From positions 62,001 through 126,000 of the forward strand of contig CDROCS010003093.1 in NCBI GenBank assembly GCA_977020255.1: a stretch of DNA of 64,000 bases. The letters are read 5' to 3'. The position numbers and the translations under genes are program-made. A model generated the notes under the pieces. That model worked only from the letters and a program-made list of their open reading frames with translations, was not told the DNA's origin and made no database searches. This DNA is from Obrimoposthia wandeli (Eukaryota). Position 1 is the stretch's first letter; each line of letters begins with the position of its first letter. Shown piece by piece: positions 60,429 through 64,000 of this stretch.

Positions 60429-61733
60429 TTATTTATCTATTGAACGAGCCTCCTCTGGCGTGTTTTCTAAAACAGCTTCTGACTCGGCTTGTACTGCACG
60501 ATATATTTCACCAGAGGTATAGTACGACCCAGGTCTTGGTACAAATTGTTTTTTCCTACGTGGCCGATAGCCACGCAAGCCACCAATTTGTACAATACTT
60601 ATCACACCTAAAACAGCCGCTCCAGTGCCTAATACATCGAACAAACCAACTGGACCAAGATGAGTAACCGCTGCAGCACTGACCATAGGCCCTATGACCG
60701 CACCAATACTATAAGCGACTAACAGCGCTCCTGCTGTTTGCATTCTAGCGCCATTACCCGCCCAATCATTAGCATGCGCAGACGCGAGAGAATATAGGGT
60801 AAATGCTAAACTTCCATAACAAAAGCTTCCTATAAACAGCATCACAACTGTAGATGCAGACGTCACTTGCCAGCGCATGAAAAGGCAACTAATAACCACA
60901 AGTACTGATATTAATGTAATGACTTTTCGCCGATCTACTTTATCAGAGAGCTTACCCACCGGGCTTTGTAGTACTAATCCTCCGCATATTCCTAATGCCA
61001 TGAACAAAACAATATCTTGATTTGACAAGCCTATTTTTAAAGCAAAAAGAGGTCCTATCGAGTTAAAAGAAGCGGCTAGGAACCCGGAGCATAATGCACA
61101 ATAAAACCCTACTGGTGTTCTTTTTAAGGTCGGCATAATTTTAATTGGCTGAGGAGGCTCTGGAACAGGCTCTTGCGTACGGGTTAATGCAACGGGAATT
61201 AAACACAATGAAAAGCAGATAGAAGACATCACAAATAACTGATAACCACCCACATCATGTAACAAAAGCAATAATTGAGCCGCACCCGCGCCTAAATAGT
61301 TAATAACCATATATATACCGAGCAAGCTACCGCGATGCTCATTATCTACTGATGTGTTCAACCAACTTTCGGTAACCATGATCATTCCAGCCATCGCAAA
61401 ACCGGTAACTACTCTAAAAAAGAACCACGCGCTCGCATCTACCCATAACATATGTATTAGAGGGATAATTGAAATAATAGAAGCGAGCACACTAAAGGTA
61501 CGTATATATCCCACTCTACTTACCAAAGTTGAGCTATAGCGAGCACCTAAAAATACGCCTATATAGTATCCACTCATAATTAAACCAGTGGTTGAGGTAG
61601 AAAAGCCTTCCAAAGAGCTTCGCAAACTGAGTAGTGTCATAAATAAACCACTACCTAAAAGCAAACAGCCGTAGCTAAGTAATAAGGCGCTCACTTTTCT
61701 TATTAATTGGTTCACAACAAAACTTCCCCTCAC
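60429..61733 (-). CDS. MFS transporter (YcaD-like)
   Basis: About 12 TM segments; RVGYIRTF, ESWLN and GKLSDKVDRR motifs. The true start may be a nearby GTG. Confidence 0.88.
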   Translation of the reverse strand: MRGSFVVNQLIRKVSALLLSYGCLLLGSGLFMTLLSLRSSLEGFSTSTTGLIMSGYYIGVFLGARYSSTLVSRVGYIRTFSVLASIISIIPLIHMLWVDASAWFFFRVVTGFAMAGMIMVTESWLNTSVDNEHRGSLLGIYMVINYLGAGAAQLLLLLHDVGGYQLFVMSSICFSLCLIPVALTRTQEPVPEPPQPIKIMPTLKRTPVGFYCALCSGFLAASFNSIGPLFALKIGLSNQDIVLFMALGICGGLVLQSPVGKLSDKVDRRKVITLISVLVVISCLFMRWQVTSASTVVMLFIGSFCYGSLAFTLYSLASAHANDWAGNGARMQTAGALLVAYSIGAVIGPMVSAAAVTHLGPVGLFDVLGTGAAVLGVISIVQIGGLRGYRPRRKKQFVPRPGSYYTSGEIYRAVQAESEAVLENTPEEARSIDK

Positions 61734-61740
61734 GCCTAAA

Positions 61741-61768
61741 TTAAAGATCCCCGGGATAAGCCCTCCCG
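61741..61768. repeat. Truncated family C repeat in the MFS/LysR divergent promoter
   Basis: TTAAAGATCCCCGGGATAAGCCCTCCCG versus TTAAAGATCCCAGGGGCAAGCCCTCTCG at 4843. Confidence 0.6.
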
Positions 61769-61924
61769 ATTAATTTAAGCTAATCTATTTGATTTTTATT
61801 GATTATATTTAAACAGCTAATAACTTTAAGTATCACTAAGGATAGCTATATAATTGTTATTTGAACCTAATTTCACTCGCTTTGATAGCTCCTTATAAAT
61901 GTTAACCCAGCATAGGTTTTAGTT

Positions 61925-62836
61925 ATGCCAGAAAAGTATGAGCAAAAAACAAAGGATACTTTGCCGCCACTGAATGCACTGGTAGCATTTACGCAAGCAG
62001 CGCGTCACGGTAGCTTCACAAGAGCGGCTAAAAGCTTGGGAGTTGCACAGCCATCAGTTACGCGTCATATTTCGCATTTAGAGCGATGGCTAGGCGTAAC
62101 ATTATTTGATAGAGGAGTTAATTCTGTGCAATTAACTGCTGCGGGTAGGGTACTAGCTGACAGTGCAGATAAGGCATTTGACGACTTACGTGACACAGTA
62201 GAACAGCTTCGTCAAACAGGCTATAAATCGGTTGTTTTAGGTTGCTCAATTAGTGTGACTCATCTGTGGCTATTACCTCGACTAGCAAGTTTGAATGAAT
62301 TAGATCCAAAATTAGATTTGAGTTTATTTACCGCAGAGCACTATAAAGACTACTCTCGAAATAACGTAGATTTATCTATTCGCTTTGGGATATACCCTGA
62401 TGCTATTTGTATTATTCCAGAATATTGTGTTCCACTTGCCAGTCCTGCCTTTGCTCAGCGTTACGGACTAAACCAACACAGTCATGCTAATCAACTTAAA
62501 GCCGACTGGCTTTTAAATTACAATGAAGGAAACTATGATTGGCTTACGTGGGATAAATGGTTTGCTCTGCAAAATATAGAAGATCCAAGCAGTGGCTTAG
62601 CCAGTCATTACCTTAACTATCCACTTTTGATTGAGCGCGCTCGAGCAGGTGATGGTATTGTCCTTGGCACAAAAGGATTAGTTCAACATCTTATTGATAG
62701 CGGCGCACTCACTATTGTGGGCCCACAGGTGGAGCGCAAAGATTATGGGTATTATTTGCTAAACCATCACAAACAAATCTCAAACACCAGTATTGATACT
62801 GTGATTCACTGGCTTTCTCCCAAAAAAAAACTCTAA
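61925..62836 (+). CDS. LysR-family regulator (GcvA-like)
   Basis: LPPLNALVAF..AARHGSFTRAA HTH, WLLPRL and VDLSIRFG motifs. Confidence 0.92.
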   Translation: MPEKYEQKTKDTLPPLNALVAFTQAARHGSFTRAAKSLGVAQPSVTRHISHLERWLGVTLFDRGVNSVQLTAAGRVLADSADKAFDDLRDTVEQLRQTGYKSVVLGCSISVTHLWLLPRLASLNELDPKLDLSLFTAEHYKDYSRNNVDLSIRFGIYPDAICIIPEYCVPLASPAFAQRYGLNQHSHANQLKADWLLNYNEGNYDWLTWDKWFALQNIEDPSSGLASHYLNYPLLIERARAGDGIVLGTKGLVQHLIDSGALTIVGPQVERKDYGYYLLNHHKQISNTSIDTVIHWLSPKKKL

Positions 62837-62910
62837 TATGACACAGGTATAACCTTTATATAGCGAGTTTTTTTAATAAATTTACGCATCAAGTGCTGGC
62901 GAGAGAGCCT

Positions 62911-62944
62911 TGGTGAGCTAGGCTACGTTTAATTCTCCCCTATT
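62911..62944. repeat. Degenerate solo copy of the array hairpin
   Basis: TGGTGAGCTAGGCTACGTTTAATTCTCCCCTATT resembles TGGATGATTTAGGCTACGCCTAATTCATCCCTATT and ends in the same CTATT as both arrays. Confidence 0.45.
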
Positions 62945-63306
62945 AAAAACTAATTATGAATCAATACAATTGACATGCTGTTAATAAATAAGACTCATTA
63001 CTTGATACTCGAAATGCGAGATAGCGATACCTATAAACTATGCTATATTTATAAGTAATTATATGACTATTGTTATGTGAATATAAACAGAGGCATTGAA
63101 AGCTACTGATACTGACCTGCTTTATTTGAGCCTCAAATTTACATTTATAGAAAAATCATAAAAAGAAGCCAAAACACGCCATTATTACCACATTATTCAG
63201 ATACTGTTCACTGATTTGCGATATATTGAGACACTACCGATAATTAATTTTTTCGCTAATAATCAATCTATATCTTAACCTTTAATCACCTCTTCAGGAG
63301 TGCTCT

Positions 63307-63960
63307 ATGAAAGCATTTTATTTTAAAATCTCTTTTATTTCTGCGCTCATTATGTCCAGTAGTTTTGTAAATGCACTCACTGTCCAAGTAAACGATCATA
63401 AAGGTAAACCTCTTGCTGATGTAATTATTTATGCAGAGCCACTTATAGAGCAAGAATTTAGTACGACGCTTAAAAAAATTGTCATATCTCAAGAGAATAA
63501 ATCTTTTGTTCCTTATATCAGTGTTGCTCAGACAGGTAATCCGCTATTATTTCGTAACCAAGATGATATAACCCATCATATATACTCTGCCAGTAGTTCT
63601 CAGAAATTCGCATTTTTAATACGCCCTGGTCAAGAAATAGAGCAGTCCGCTATAAAAAAGTCTAATGAGATTGTAATGGGCTGTAACGTGCATGATTGGA
63701 TGAGTGGCTATTTATTAGTTTTAAACACACCTTATTTCAGCAAAACCAACAATAATGGCCAGGGAAATCTAGATATTAAAAATACAGGTCGGTACATAAT
63801 TGTTGCTTGGCACCCGCAATTTAAAGAAAAAAACAGCAGAATAAGCCAAGAAATTGATATTAATAAAACTCAAAATCTAACCTTAAGCTTAACTAAGAAA
63901 ATGGGTAAAATTCCGGAGCAAAAGAGTGATGATGGTTTTGATTTCCTCTCTGATTATTAG
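63307..63960 (+). CDS. Secreted cupredoxin-fold 'methylamine utilization protein'-like protein
   Basis: Signal peptide, QENKSFVPY, NQDDITHHIYS, GCNVHDWMSGY and WHP motifs. Confidence 0.75.
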   Translation: MKAFYFKISFISALIMSSSFVNALTVQVNDHKGKPLADVIIYAEPLIEQEFSTTLKKIVISQENKSFVPYISVAQTGNPLLFRNQDDITHHIYSASSSQKFAFLIRPGQEIEQSAIKKSNEIVMGCNVHDWMSGYLLVLNTPYFSKTNNNGQGNLDIKNTGRYIIVAWHPQFKEKNSRISQEIDINKTQNLTLSLTKKMGKIPEQKSDDGFDFLSDY

Positions 63961-63969
63961 GATAATTGA

Positions 63970-64000
63970 ATGAAAAGTTTACAGAATAAAATATTTTTAT
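63970..64000 (+). CDS. 5' fragment of a CDS running off the window end (possibly a membrane-anchored signalling protein)
   Basis: ATG AAA AGT TTA CAG AAT AAA ATA TTT TTA = MKSLQNKIFL, starting 9 nt after the upstream stop. Confidence 0.45.
   Translation, partial: MKSLQNKIFL

Overview
64-kb window from an AT-rich (roughly 40% GC by eye), probably marine gammaproteobacterial chromosome. The right end is housekeeping-like: tex, pilU/pilT, yggS-proC-yggT-DUF4426-rdgB-hemW, dctBD and fba. The left and centre are accessory metabolism and transport: ghrA/VOC/LysR; yqjG-pirin-LysR; an OmpR-family two-component pair; a Bmt-type homocysteine methyltransferase; an uncharacterised MscS + four glycosyltransferases + deacetylase + histidine phosphatase cluster; a family-5 ABC importer; a branched-chain-type ABC importer; a queD-queE pair; and a PAS-GGDEF cyclase. 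No rRNA, tRNA, cas, integrase or transposase gene was recognised. The unexplained structure is mostly non-coding. (i) Two tandem arrays (2.6-3.0 kb and 53.9-54.4 kb) share a ~27-29-bp hairpin but have different 32-33-bp linkers; this is CRISPR-like geometry, but the linkers are near-identical within each array. (ii) A modular TA-flanked MITE-like family has five copies or fragments, two of which flank queD-queE as direct repeats. (iii) There is a third repeat family and a 168-bp palindromic element. I also found an unannotated 38-aa Cys-rich ORF and two apparent frameshifts. Family assignments rest on motif recognition by eye; no database search was run.
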